Below, piece by piece: positions 47,845 through 57,442 of a DNA stretch of 64,000 nucleotides. This DNA comes from Paludibacter sp. (GTDB taxonomy: Bacteria; Bacteroidota; Bacteroidia; Bacteroidales; Paludibacteraceae). Under the pieces are notes generated by a model. It was not told the origin of the DNA and did not search any database. It saw nothing but the letters and a program-made list of their open reading frames with translations. The position numbers and the translations under genes were made by a program. How positions within the stretch are numbered: the stretch's first letter is position 1; every line of letters starts with the position of its first letter. Location of the stretch: positions 113,273-177,272 of the forward strand of contig JAQVAV010000008.1 in NCBI GenBank assembly GCA_028690665.1, given 5' to 3'.

Positions 47845-48005
47845 AATAAATTTTGCTTTTAATTTAATTTCAAAATTTATAACGACAAACAAAATAAAAA
47901 GTTACCATAAAGTCTGTATATTCTGCTCAGATTTAAAATGTTTTATCTTTTATACTTAAAATCAGAGCAAAAGCCTAAAAAAATGTAAACAGATCTATAT
48001 AAATC

Positions 48006-49292
48006 TCAGTCATCGGATTTTTTTTCGAGTTGCCTTTGTATTTTCCGAATAGCAGATTCGATTGACTTTTCAGGTTCAATAACATTAAAATCGCCCCAAA
48101 ACTCAGGATCGGCAAAACCGGCCGCTTCATCACTTACCACAACATTGGGACGAAGTCTGTCCCGATATTTTACGGGCCTGTCAGGTACAGTATTATCACG
48201 ATCTGTGACAGCCATTTCTATCGTTGCATAATAGTGTGTATTAAAAAGTTTCTTTTCCCAAATAACTTTCATTCCCAGTTCAATACGGCTGTAATTATAA
48301 TACCATTTTCCATCTTTTTCGGTATAATCAATCCGATAATTTGCCTGAACAGGAATAGCTTTGGCATGCAGTGGCTTATGCACAATAAATAAATCTGCGG
48401 CCTTATCTTTATCTTTCAGATCCAGACTAAACACAGCAGATTTCAGGGCCTGAGTCTCAGCATCAATATACAGACGGCCCGAATAAAGAGGCTCCGGGAA
48501 ATCCGAGCCCGGCTTAAAATCAATCACATAAATCAACTGGTTATCTATGCGGGTTGAAAAATCGAAACTGAAAGTATAGTTTTTAAACATTTCGTCTGTA
48601 AAAATCAAATCCGGATGCTTCATAACATCCAAATAGAGCGAAGTAACAGGGCCTCCCATCAATTTAAACACCAAGGTATCAAGTTTTTGATAATTAGTAT
48701 TTTTTCGGGCTTTATACATTTTTACTATATCATTTTTATACGACGAATATGATTGTTTGTAAACATCTACAACAGCCTCGGAAAGCGATGCATAAGAGCG
48801 GTTCTTTTTGATAGATTCTCTGTAAAAAGAAGTCAGGTGCATTTCTTTTGCAGGATAATTAACATCTCTTTTTTGCATCATAATTTGCACAAGTTCGGTT
48901 GCATCTTTTGATATTATGCTGATTTCAGGGAGTTCAATAGCAACAGGCTCCATCTCAATCCGGTTATGATCTGGTTTGAGCGATGCCAACTGTACAAAAA
49001 CTGTTTTATAGCCAATAAACTGTACCAGCAATTTTTTGTCGGCCAGTTCTTCTAATATTTTAATTGTAAATTCACCCTCCGAATTCGAGACAGTAGTCGC
49101 GTTTGTACCTTCTACCGAAATACTTGCAAAGGGCATCGGATGCCCCGTTGTACTATCTGTAATTATACCTTTAAATTCCAGATAACTATTGTTTTCGTTT
49201 TCAGCAGCAAAAACGAAAACGGAAGGCAATATAATAAAAACAGCAACGAGCAGACGGAAAAGAAAAAATCTGCTTACATCCGACGTTTTCAT
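48006..49292 (-). CDS. Carboxypeptidase-regulatory-like domain protein, secreted, function unknown
   Basis: 428 aa. It has a signal peptide and a CarboxypepD_reg pattern (FKGIITDSTTGHPMPFASISVEGTN..SNSEGEFTI). Confidence 0.7.
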   Translation of the reverse strand: MKTSDVSRFFLFRLLVAVFIILPSVFVFAAENENNSYLEFKGIITDSTTGHPMPFASISVEGTNATTVSNSEGEFTIKILEELADKKLLVQFIGYKTVFVQLASLKPDHNRIEMEPVAIELPEISIISKDATELVQIMMQKRDVNYPAKEMHLTSFYRESIKKNRSYASLSEAVVDVYKQSYSSYKNDIVKMYKARKNTNYQKLDTLVFKLMGGPVTSLYLDVMKHPDLIFTDEMFKNYTFSFDFSTRIDNQLIYVIDFKPGSDFPEPLYSGRLYIDAETQALKSAVFSLDLKDKDKAADLFIVHKPLHAKAIPVQANYRIDYTEKDGKWYYNYSRIELGMKVIWEKKLFNTHYYATIEMAVTDRDNTVPDRPVKYRDRLRPNVVVSDEAAGFADPEFWGDFNVIEPEKSIESAIRKIQRQLEKKSDD

Positions 49293-49524
49293 AACACTAT
49301 GTTTTTAATATAGTTACAGGCTGTAAAAATATGATTTTTCGATAAAAAAAGCCGGTTAATTTGTAAATATATGCAAGATTTATTCATAAAAACAGTCACG
49401 GGGTGTCTAAAAAGAAAAAAGAACGCAAATACCCGCAAATTAACACAAGTCACAAATTGTTGGTAATGGGGCACTTGAGAACTTGTGTCCAGAATAAACA
49501 CTTATTGAAGACCCTTTTATTTTA

Positions 49525-52383
49525 CTAATGTGCTTCCAGCCAGTTTGCCCCGATGCCACAATCGGCAATTAAAGGTACGTGCAGTTTTATTGCATGCTGC
49601 ATTTCATCTACGACTAGTTTTCGGGCTGTTTCAACTTCATTTTCCGGTACTGAGAAATTCAACTCATCGTGTACCTGTAAAGTCATTTTTGTTTGCAGAT
49701 TTTCTTTTTCAATACGATTCTGAATACGGATCATCGCTATTTTGATAATATCTGCAGCCGAGCCCTGAATGGGAGCATTAATTGCATTTCGTTCGGCATA
49801 CCCACGCACGATACTGTTGTGTGAATTAATATCTGGGAGATAACGTTTTCGTCCGAATATCGTTTCGACATATCCATGTTCTTTTGCCCGTTGAATGGCT
49901 TCATCCATGTAACGTTTTACATCCGGATAAGTAGTAAAATATCCTTCGATGAGCTCTTTGGCTTCACCCCTCGGAATACTGAGGCGGTCAGCGAGTCCGA
50001 AAGTGGAAATGCCGTAAATAATTCCGAAATTGGCGGTTTTAGCTTTTCGTCTCATATCCGAAGTAACTTCGTCCAACGGAATTTTATATATTTTGGCTGC
50101 CGTAGCAGCATGAATATCATGCCCGCTGTTGAATGCTTCAAGCATATTATGGTCGTTACTCAAATGAGCCATAATACGCAACTCTATCTGAGAATAATCC
50201 GCGCTCAGGAAAGCACAACCTTCGTCAGGAATAAAAGCTTTGCGGATTTCTTTTCCCTGTGCATCCCTGATTGGGATATTTTGCAGGTTCGGATTTGTTG
50301 AGCTTAATCTGCCGGTGGCTGCCACCGTCTGATTGAAAGAAGTATGCACTTTTCCAGTTTTCGGATTAATCAACTGCGGTAACGCATCGATATAAGTACT
50401 GAGTAATTTTTTCAGTCCGCGATAATCCAAAATCTTACCTACAATGGGATGTTTGGATTTGATTTTTTCAAGAACATCCTCTGAGGTTGAATACTGACCT
50501 GTTTTTGTTTTCTTGGCTTTATCGTCAAGTTTTAAGCGATCGAAAAGGACTTCTCCTACTTGTGCCGGCGATGCAACATTGAAATTATAGCCTGCCATTT
50601 CGTGAATTTCAGCCTCAATTTTCAGAGCTTCGGCTGTAAGTATTTCCGAACTGTTACGCAGAGCCTCGCTATCGATACGAACTCCGTTGCGTTCCATAGT
50701 TGCCAGTACCCGCATAAGCGGCATCTCCATATCGTAGAACAAACTTTCGAGTCTGTTGTCTTTTATTTCAGGTTCCAGAATTTGTTTTAGTTGAAACGTA
50801 ATGTCCGCATCTTCGGCTGCATAATCGCACAGAAGATTAATATCGACAAAACGAATATCCATCTGATTTTTACCTTTGCCTCCGACAAGCTCTTCATAAT
50901 GAATAGTCCGGTAGCGCAAATAGATTTCGGCCAGATAGTCCATGCCATGACGCAATTCCGGTTGCAGCAGGTAATGGGCGATCATGGTGTCGAACAAACG
51001 GCCTTTAAGTTCAATACCGTACATCGAAAGCATTAGTAAATCAAACTTGATGTTTTGCCCGATTTTTTCAATATGTTCTGCCTGAAAAAATGGTTTGAAC
51101 TCTTTAAGTATTTCAGTCGCTTCGTCCCTTTCGGCAGGTAAGTTCACATAATACGCTTCGCCTTTGGTAAAACAAAATGACATACCAACCATATCGGCTG
51201 AAAAAACATCAACACCTGTCGTTTCTGTATCAAAGCAAACCGATTTCTGCATAAACAGTTTTGAAATCAGATTTGCACGTTTCACCTTATCATCAATCAA
51301 GTCATATTTATGAGCTACATTTTTGAGCGTTAGCAAGCCATTTTCAGGTGCAGGTTCAATTGGATGAACTGGCTCTGAAACCATTTTGGTTGCCTTAACG
51401 ACTTTAGGTTGTTCTTCTTCAGGAGAGTCAAACAACGACATTTGTCCGGTTGGAGATTTCGGACGGGCAAACTGAATGGTTGCCGTTGGTTCGTCCGGAG
51501 GAAGCGATGTAAAAAGTTTAGCTCCAAATTTATTTTGAGCCATAGTCCGGAACTCCAGTTCATCAAACAGATTTTTCAGTTCCGTTTCATTCACGGGTTC
51601 CGTTTCGAGAGCTTTTTCATTAAATTCTAACGGTACATCGGTTTTGATAGTTGCCAGAAAACGGGAAAAAACAATCTGCTCCTTATTGTTTTCCACTTTT
51701 GTTTTGAGCGCACCCTTCAATTCTTCGGTACGGGTAAGCAATGTATCAATGCTGCCGAATTCTTTCAACAATTTCACTGCTGTTTTTTCTCCAACACCCG
51801 GGCATCCGGGAATATTATCTGCTGAATCACCCATTAATCCAAGTAAGTCAATGACCTGATTATGACTTTCAAGATCATACTTTTCCCGAATTTCTTTCGG
51901 CCCCATAATTTCAAACCCTCCGGTATGTTTCGGCCTGTACATAAAAATATGATCGGAAACCAATTGCCCGTAGTCTTTATCCGGGGTAAGCATATAGACT
52001 TCAAAATCTGCTTTTTCGGCCAATCTGGAAACAGTTCCGATTACATCATCCGCTTCAAAACCGGGGACTTCAAAAATTGGAATATTGTATGCCTGAATAA
52101 TTCTTTTGATATATGGAACGGCTTTTTTGATATCTTCAGGTGTTGCTTCGCGCTGTGCTTTGTATTGCTCAAAAGCTTCGTGACGAAAAGTGGGCCCGCT
52201 AGGATCAAAAGCCACAGCAATATGCGTTGGTTTTTCGCGCTTCAGCACATCTTCTAAAGTGTTCACAAAGCCGTAAATGGCTGAAGTATTCAAACCTTTT
52301 GAGTTGATACGGGGCGCTCTGATAAAAGCGTAATAGGCACGATAGATAATGGCATAAGCGTCTATCAGGAAAAGTTTTTTCAT
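49525..52383 (-). CDS. polA: DNA polymerase I
   Basis: 952 aa. It has a 5'-nuclease domain (LIDAYAIIYRAYYA), a 3'-5' exonuclease domain (CFDTETTG) and polymerase motifs (DYSQIELRI, RRKAKTANFGIIYG, QVHDEL). Confidence 0.97.
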   Translation of the reverse strand: MKKLFLIDAYAIIYRAYYAFIRAPRINSKGLNTSAIYGFVNTLEDVLKREKPTHIAVAFDPSGPTFRHEAFEQYKAQREATPEDIKKAVPYIKRIIQAYNIPIFEVPGFEADDVIGTVSRLAEKADFEVYMLTPDKDYGQLVSDHIFMYRPKHTGGFEIMGPKEIREKYDLESHNQVIDLLGLMGDSADNIPGCPGVGEKTAVKLLKEFGSIDTLLTRTEELKGALKTKVENNKEQIVFSRFLATIKTDVPLEFNEKALETEPVNETELKNLFDELEFRTMAQNKFGAKLFTSLPPDEPTATIQFARPKSPTGQMSLFDSPEEEQPKVVKATKMVSEPVHPIEPAPENGLLTLKNVAHKYDLIDDKVKRANLISKLFMQKSVCFDTETTGVDVFSADMVGMSFCFTKGEAYYVNLPAERDEATEILKEFKPFFQAEHIEKIGQNIKFDLLMLSMYGIELKGRLFDTMIAHYLLQPELRHGMDYLAEIYLRYRTIHYEELVGGKGKNQMDIRFVDINLLCDYAAEDADITFQLKQILEPEIKDNRLESLFYDMEMPLMRVLATMERNGVRIDSEALRNSSEILTAEALKIEAEIHEMAGYNFNVASPAQVGEVLFDRLKLDDKAKKTKTGQYSTSEDVLEKIKSKHPIVGKILDYRGLKKLLSTYIDALPQLINPKTGKVHTSFNQTVAATGRLSSTNPNLQNIPIRDAQGKEIRKAFIPDEGCAFLSADYSQIELRIMAHLSNDHNMLEAFNSGHDIHAATAAKIYKIPLDEVTSDMRRKAKTANFGIIYGISTFGLADRLSIPRGEAKELIEGYFTTYPDVKRYMDEAIQRAKEHGYVETIFGRKRYLPDINSHNSIVRGYAERNAINAPIQGSAADIIKIAMIRIQNRIEKENLQTKMTLQVHDELNFSVPENEVETARKLVVDEMQHAIKLHVPLIADCGIGANWLEAH

Positions 52384-52431
52384 GGATTGAAAATTTGTTC
52401 TGAATCACAGATTCAATGATTAATAACATAA

Positions 52432-52439
52432 CAAAGATA
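52432..52439 (-). promoter_or_regulatory. Candidate -7 box (TATCTTTG, minus strand) for polA
   Basis: Plus-strand CAAAGATA, 49 nt upstream of the ATG at 52383. Confidence 0.45.
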
Positions 52440-52536
52440 CGCTTTTAAAGTTGAAGTTCTAAACGGTTCAACTTTCGCCAATAACTTTTACGAAGGATAA
52501 AAAAACTTCGTCACCCTGCTTCTTATTCAGGCATTA

Positions 52537-54780
52537 TTATTTCTTTGTTTCAAATTCTGACCAGGCAGGAGGTTCCACATGCATCAAGTTTTTCACAAAA
52601 AAATCATAACGCTTATGCTCTCCATATTCATTACCCATAGTATGACCAACTCCGGGCAGAACAATCAATTCAAAATTCTTCTTCGCCTTAATTAGTTCAT
52701 TGCAAACCTGATAAGTTGATGCCGGATCAACATTATCGTCCAGTTCACCTACCACCAGCATCAACGGTCGTGTCAGTAAATGTGCGTTGACAACATTTGA
52801 ACTGGCGGCATAACTTGAATCCACCGGGTAGCCCATCCATTGCTCATTCCACCAGATTTTATCCATACGATTATCGTGACAACCACAAGCAGCATAAGCA
52901 GCTTTATAATGTTCCGGGTGAAAAAGTACGGCAGCCATAGCTTCCTGTCCACCGGCTGAAGCTCCGAAAATTCCTACACCATCAATATCCATGTACGGAT
53001 ACTTTTCGCAGGCAGCTTTAGTCCACAAAATACGGTCAGGGAAACCGGCATCTTTTAAATTTTTATAACAAACTTCTTCGAATTTTTTAGAACGGAAAGA
53101 GGTCGACATACCATCCATTTGCACTACAATGAAACCCAGCTCGGCAATAGCAGACAGATAACGATTGTACGGAATGAACGTTTTAGGAACATACTGACTA
53201 CCGGGGCCAGAATAAATATACTCGATCACAGGATATTTTTTATTCGGATCAAAATTGGTCGGACGTTGAATAATCCCCCAAATATCGGTTTTACCATCAC
53301 GGCCTTTAGCCACAAAAACTTCAGGCGCTTTCCAGCCTTCTTTCAATAAAGCTGAAATATCTGCTTTCTCGAGCGGCATAATGATTTTTCCATCTTTTGC
53401 TCTGCGCAAAACAGCTACAGGAGCTTTATCTACCATGGAATAAACATCAACCAAATATTTCTTATCATCTGAAAACCATGCTTTATGCATGCCGGTTTCG
53501 GGAGTCAGACAAGTAAGGCCTGTCCCATCAAAACGAATTTTGTAATAACGAATCAGATAGGGATCTTCGTTAGGAACCATACCATTGGCCGAAAAGATAA
53601 TTTCGCCTTTTTTATCGTCTACATCCACTACTTCGCGAACATACCATTCGCCTTTGGTGATCTGATTTTTTAATTTGCCGGTAAGTCTATCGTAGATGTA
53701 AAGATGATTCCAGTTATCGCGTTCGCTCATCCAGATAATATCGTGCTGATTATTGATCAGACGTTTGAAATAACGGGAATAGTTCACATACTTTTCAGCT
53801 TTTTCTTCGATAACCGAACGGACAGCTCCTGTTTCCGCCGACATTTCGAGTATGCGGTACACCTTATGCCCACGCTCGTTATATTCGAACAAGGCTGACT
53901 TACTGTCATTGATCCATTCAAAGCCCCAAAGGCTAAACTGACTTGGACATAAATCCGTTGATCCGACAAACTGACGACCGCTTTCCACATCGAAAATTAC
54001 CGGAGTGCGAAAAGCCAGTGTATCTCCCGGCCGGAAATAATCACGGGTTTGCACTTTCGGTTTCAACTGATCTTTAGGCGAAGATTCAATCAGATATAAC
54101 AAAGGGGTATCCACTCCTTTGATTCGCATAACGGCAATTTTTTTCGAGTCGAGCGACCAAGATGGATATACAGAATAATACTCAGCTTGAGTTCCATCTG
54201 AACTCAATGCTTTCTCTGTTCCGGTATTCAGGTCTTTCACATAAAGATTATTATCCTTTACAAAAGCTGAATATTTTTTATCGGGCGAAACAATGGGCTT
54301 GCCTTCGCGTTCTGTATCCACGTTTCCCCAATATTCATATTTCGTTTTTTTTACCTCTTCCTTTTCAGACAGAGCGTTGGTCTGAATTGAATAAAACCAT
54401 TTCTTACCATTAAATTCAAAATAAAGAGAATCTGCCTTCGTGGAAATCTTCACGTTTTTCAACCATAAATGGGAGGCATCAACTTTTTCGGAAGTAGCCT
54501 GTGCCAATGCGTCGGCTAAATTCTGATGGTCGAAAAGCGGTTTACGGGTTTTCTTTTTTGCATCAACCAGCGTATACTCATCTCCCTCAGGCGTATAACG
54601 GATATACCAAAACGTATCCGCCCGATCAGTCCATTGAGGAGAAACATTCGAGTAAAACACTTTATCTTTATACTTATCGTGCAAATCAAAAGCACGTTTA
54701 TAATCATCAACGGTACCTTGAGAAAACCCGCTTGCAATCTGTATAAAACATAGAGCGAAAGGGAAAAGTATTTTTTTCAT
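52537..54780 (-). CDS. S9 family serine peptidase, dipeptidyl-peptidase IV type
   Basis: The start is trimmed to MKKILFPFALCF (signal peptide), which removes the overlap with the upstream gene. It has a DPP4 beta-propeller N-terminal region. The catalytic triad regions are GIFGASAGGQ, GELDDNVDP and PGVGHTM. Confidence 0.9.
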   Translation of the reverse strand: MKKILFPFALCFIQIASGFSQGTVDDYKRAFDLHDKYKDKVFYSNVSPQWTDRADTFWYIRYTPEGDEYTLVDAKKKTRKPLFDHQNLADALAQATSEKVDASHLWLKNVKISTKADSLYFEFNGKKWFYSIQTNALSEKEEVKKTKYEYWGNVDTEREGKPIVSPDKKYSAFVKDNNLYVKDLNTGTEKALSSDGTQAEYYSVYPSWSLDSKKIAVMRIKGVDTPLLYLIESSPKDQLKPKVQTRDYFRPGDTLAFRTPVIFDVESGRQFVGSTDLCPSQFSLWGFEWINDSKSALFEYNERGHKVYRILEMSAETGAVRSVIEEKAEKYVNYSRYFKRLINNQHDIIWMSERDNWNHLYIYDRLTGKLKNQITKGEWYVREVVDVDDKKGEIIFSANGMVPNEDPYLIRYYKIRFDGTGLTCLTPETGMHKAWFSDDKKYLVDVYSMVDKAPVAVLRRAKDGKIIMPLEKADISALLKEGWKAPEVFVAKGRDGKTDIWGIIQRPTNFDPNKKYPVIEYIYSGPGSQYVPKTFIPYNRYLSAIAELGFIVVQMDGMSTSFRSKKFEEVCYKNLKDAGFPDRILWTKAACEKYPYMDIDGVGIFGASAGGQEAMAAVLFHPEHYKAAYAACGCHDNRMDKIWWNEQWMGYPVDSSYAASSNVVNAHLLTRPLMLVVGELDDNVDPASTYQVCNELIKAKKNFELIVLPGVGHTMGNEYGEHKRYDFFVKNLMHVEPPAWSEFETKK

Positions 54781-54800
54781 ATCCAACATAAAATATAATC

Positions 54801-55688
54801 TTACAAATCCTTTCTTTGTCGCCAAACCTGGTACGAATTAATCAGATTTTGCCACAACACATAGGCTCCCGGACCAACAGAAGAAATAGGATTAAGATAC
54901 ATCTGCGCCATCCAGATAGCAAGTACCGTATTCTTTTGCCCAAGTCCCTGACCGCCAGCAACAGTGTCGTCAAATTTACGCCCGATACGTCGACCAACTA
55001 TAAATTGCAAAACACAAATAATAAGGGCGGCCAATCCGATCAAAATCTCAACACCAGCATTGGCTTTTCCATGTTCAATAATAAACACAACCGTTTTGCC
55101 TGTGACAATTATCAGTGAAACGCTCCATAAGTAAAAAGAAATACCGGTATGTTTTTTCATGTGGCCGGAGGTTCTGGGTAAAAACTTATTCAGTAACAAG
55201 GCAACTATAAACGGTCCGACCAAAAGAACCAAAACTCTTTTTGAAATTTCCAGAACAGAAACAAAAAACGGCAATTCGTTATAGCCTACATACGAAAAAA
55301 ACAAAGGAGCCATCACTGCAACCGTCAGATTACTAATCAAACTGTATCCGGTCAGACTGGCCACATTTCCCTTCAGCATACCCGCAATTACAGGAGCAGC
55401 CGTGGCTGTAGGTGCCAAAATACAAATCATTGCCCCCTGAGCCAGAGTCGGATTCAACGGATTCAGGGCATGATAAACAGCAACACTTCCAGCAACCTGA
55501 ATTATAATCAGCCACAAATGCATTCGGGTAAACTTTATCTGAGTCCATGACAATTTGATATAAGTAAACAGCAACATTACAAATATCAGGTAGGGAATGA
55601 GAAAACTAAGCACCCCTACATAATTGTGGAACAAGATGCCTAATGTCATGGCAATAGGCATCATATAACCTTTAAGTTTTTTAAGCAT
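54801..55688 (-). CDS. Polytopic membrane transporter, bile acid:Na+ symporter (BASS/SBF-like) superfamily candidate
   Basis: 295 aa with about 9 TM helices. ILAPTATAAPVIAGML and VLAIWMA resemble SBF-like family segments. The assignment is tentative. Confidence 0.5.
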   Translation of the reverse strand: MLKKLKGYMMPIAMTLGILFHNYVGVLSFLIPYLIFVMLLFTYIKLSWTQIKFTRMHLWLIIIQVAGSVAVYHALNPLNPTLAQGAMICILAPTATAAPVIAGMLKGNVASLTGYSLISNLTVAVMAPLFFSYVGYNELPFFVSVLEISKRVLVLLVGPFIVALLLNKFLPRTSGHMKKHTGISFYLWSVSLIIVTGKTVVFIIEHGKANAGVEILIGLAALIICVLQFIVGRRIGRKFDDTVAGGQGLGQKNTVLAIWMAQMYLNPISSVGPGAYVLWQNLINSYQVWRQRKDL

Positions 55689-55697
55689 ATTCCTTTT

Positions 55698-57056
55698 TTA
55701 AGCGGCCATCCGGGCATCTAACTTTCGGGTAACATACCCGTAAATAAGTAACGCTACAGCCGAAATCATTCCAATTCCGACAAACACGTACCAAATATAA
55801 TGAGCATTGGCTGTAGCCTCCGCATACTGTTCGGCAGATGTAAAAAGCTTCGGATCCGGACAATATTTATCTAACAGAAAGCCTGAAAGTCCAAATGCAA
55901 AAAGATACGAAACAAATGAGTGCAAATGGCTAAATCCAAGATAAAGTCCTTCTTCCCCTTTGGGAGCCTGCATGGAAAAATATTCAAGATAACGTGGTGA
56001 AATAAAACATTCGGCCACTGCCTGTAAAGCAATACCAGCAATCATCATAAATGCCACCGGGTGAAGTCCCAGAATATTTTCGGGACCAACCTGCGTTCCG
56101 AATGACATAATCAATGCCGACAACGGTATAATCAACATTCCTATCGTCATTGAAGTAAGCGCTTTCCGCTTTTTCATCAATGAAGTAATAAAATTCACCA
56201 ATACAAAAACCACCAAGGGATTTACATTAGCATACCAGCCCGGCGAAGCATCGGCTCCAATCATGCGAATCACATATTTGGGCATGGTGGCGTACATCTG
56301 GCTCTGAATCATCCAAAATCCGCTGATAATCAATATTAGTATGATAAGCCGGACGTTTCCAAGTACTTTAAGTAAGCCACGTCCGAGTTCGGCAAATGAT
56401 TTACCTTCTCCTTCGGTTTTCACCGATTTGTAAAAGAAAAATACCGCAACCAATGCCAACAGGGTCATACTGGCAGCAAAAAAATTCAGATAGACCAGAC
56501 CCAAATCCCCCATACTTTTACGCAAAGGATCAACAACTGTTTTCCCTGCGAACGCACCAATATTGACCATCATATAAAACAAAGCATAACCACGGGCACG
56601 TGTTTCAGAAGTAGTTTCGCGGGCTACGGTTCCGGATATGACTGCTTTAATAAACGCACCTCCGATAACAATCAGTATCAACACCGGCGCAATAGACCAC
56701 CTCAGATAACTTGTTTCGAGGCCCGACATTGTCGTCGTCATGCCATACGAAACAAGTCCGGCACTTTCAAGCAATGTCGGCAACAACCCCAGCCCGCTAT
56801 AGCCAACGGTCAGCAACAAAAAAGCCAGCATAATAGAAATTCTGAATCCTATTTTATCGGCTAACGCGCCGGCAAATGTAGGGAGGAAATATAGAAAAGC
56901 CGAAAATGTTCCAGAAATAATGCCAGCCTCAATATCGGAAAATCCCCAAACATTGGAAAGATATAATGTGATAACAATGAAAACACCATAATAAGCGAGC
57001 CGCTCCAACAATTCCACCGAATTCGCAACCCAAAAAGCCTTTGAAAATTTTGCCAT
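55698..57056 (-). CDS. Proton-dependent oligopeptide transporter (POT/PTR2 family, MFS)
   Basis: 452 aa. The POT signature region is ELLERLAYYGVFIVITLYL, and GTFSAFLYFLPTFAGALADK matches the PTR2 motif. It has 12-14 TM helices. Confidence 0.85.
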   Translation of the reverse strand: MAKFSKAFWVANSVELLERLAYYGVFIVITLYLSNVWGFSDIEAGIISGTFSAFLYFLPTFAGALADKIGFRISIMLAFLLLTVGYSGLGLLPTLLESAGLVSYGMTTTMSGLETSYLRWSIAPVLILIVIGGAFIKAVISGTVARETTSETRARGYALFYMMVNIGAFAGKTVVDPLRKSMGDLGLVYLNFFAASMTLLALVAVFFFYKSVKTEGEGKSFAELGRGLLKVLGNVRLIILILIISGFWMIQSQMYATMPKYVIRMIGADASPGWYANVNPLVVFVLVNFITSLMKKRKALTSMTIGMLIIPLSALIMSFGTQVGPENILGLHPVAFMMIAGIALQAVAECFISPRYLEYFSMQAPKGEEGLYLGFSHLHSFVSYLFAFGLSGFLLDKYCPDPKLFTSAEQYAEATANAHYIWYVFVGIGMISAVALLIYGYVTRKLDARMAA

Positions 57057-57231
57057 AAGCGCTCTTTTTTTTACCTTTTAAAACAATGTTGACAAAAATA
57101 ACAATTTTCAACAGGAACACACAAACACTCCTTCATTTTGTTGGGTTATTATCTATAATACTGGCAAAAAAGATCACAAATACCATTGCAACCAGCTATT
57201 TCTTTTCGGAGTATTGATCCTTCTCAATCGA

Positions 57232-57271
57232 CAAAAAAATAACCCCGGGACTCAAAAAGAGAACCGAGGTT
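57232..57271 (-). terminator. Intrinsic terminator after tRNA-Gln
   Basis: The minus-strand RNA reads AACCUCGG-15 nt-CCGGGGUU followed by AUUUUUUUG. The one non-canonical pair is G.U, and only in the minus-strand sense. Confidence 0.65.
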
Positions 57272-57281
57272 TAAAAATAAG

Positions 57282-57352
57282 TTGTCTCACTAGGATTCGA
57301 ACCTGGACAGACAGTACCAAAAACTGTAGTGCTACCATTACACCATGAGACA
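57282..57352 (-). tRNA. tRNA-Gln (anticodon UUG)
   Basis: I folded the cloverleaf by hand on the minus strand. Acceptor stem TGTCTCA/TGAGACA; D arm GTGT-AATGGTA-GCAC; anticodon arm ACAGT-TTTTGGT-ACTGT (anticodon TTG); T arm CCAGG-TTCGAAT-CCTAG with one C.A mismatch. The discriminator is A and no CCA is encoded. Confidence 0.85.
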
Positions 57353-57384
57353 ATCGCAATGCGCTTTTATCGAAAAAAGCGGTG

Positions 57385-57392
57385 CAAAGATA
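57385..57392 (-). promoter_or_regulatory. Candidate -7 box (TATCTTTG, minus strand) for tRNA-Gln
   Basis: Plus-strand CAAAGATA, 33 nt upstream of the tRNA 5' end. Confidence 0.45.
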
Positions 57393-57442
57393 CAATTGTT
57401 TTTTGTTTTGGCAAAACCTTTCACAAAAAACGACCGTATTTT

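Noticed and set aside
49289-49501. 70-aa minus-strand ORF filling the polA / CarboxypepD_reg spacer
   Set aside because: It overlaps the start codon of the 48006-49292 gene. It has no signal peptide or motif, and the region is better explained as promoter and terminator space.
49876-52257. 141-aa and 131-aa plus-strand ORFs (49876-50301, 51862-52257) and smaller ones inside polA
   Set aside because: They are antisense to an uninterrupted 952-aa DNA polymerase I, so they are shadow ORFs.
57282-57352. C.A mismatch in the T-stem (positions 50/64) and a U1-A72 acceptor pair of tRNA-Gln, considered as a sign of a tRNA pseudogene
   Set aside because: All other stems, the GG of the D-loop, the TTCGAAT T-loop, a dedicated promoter box and a terminator are intact. 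A single mismatch is compatible with a functional tRNA.
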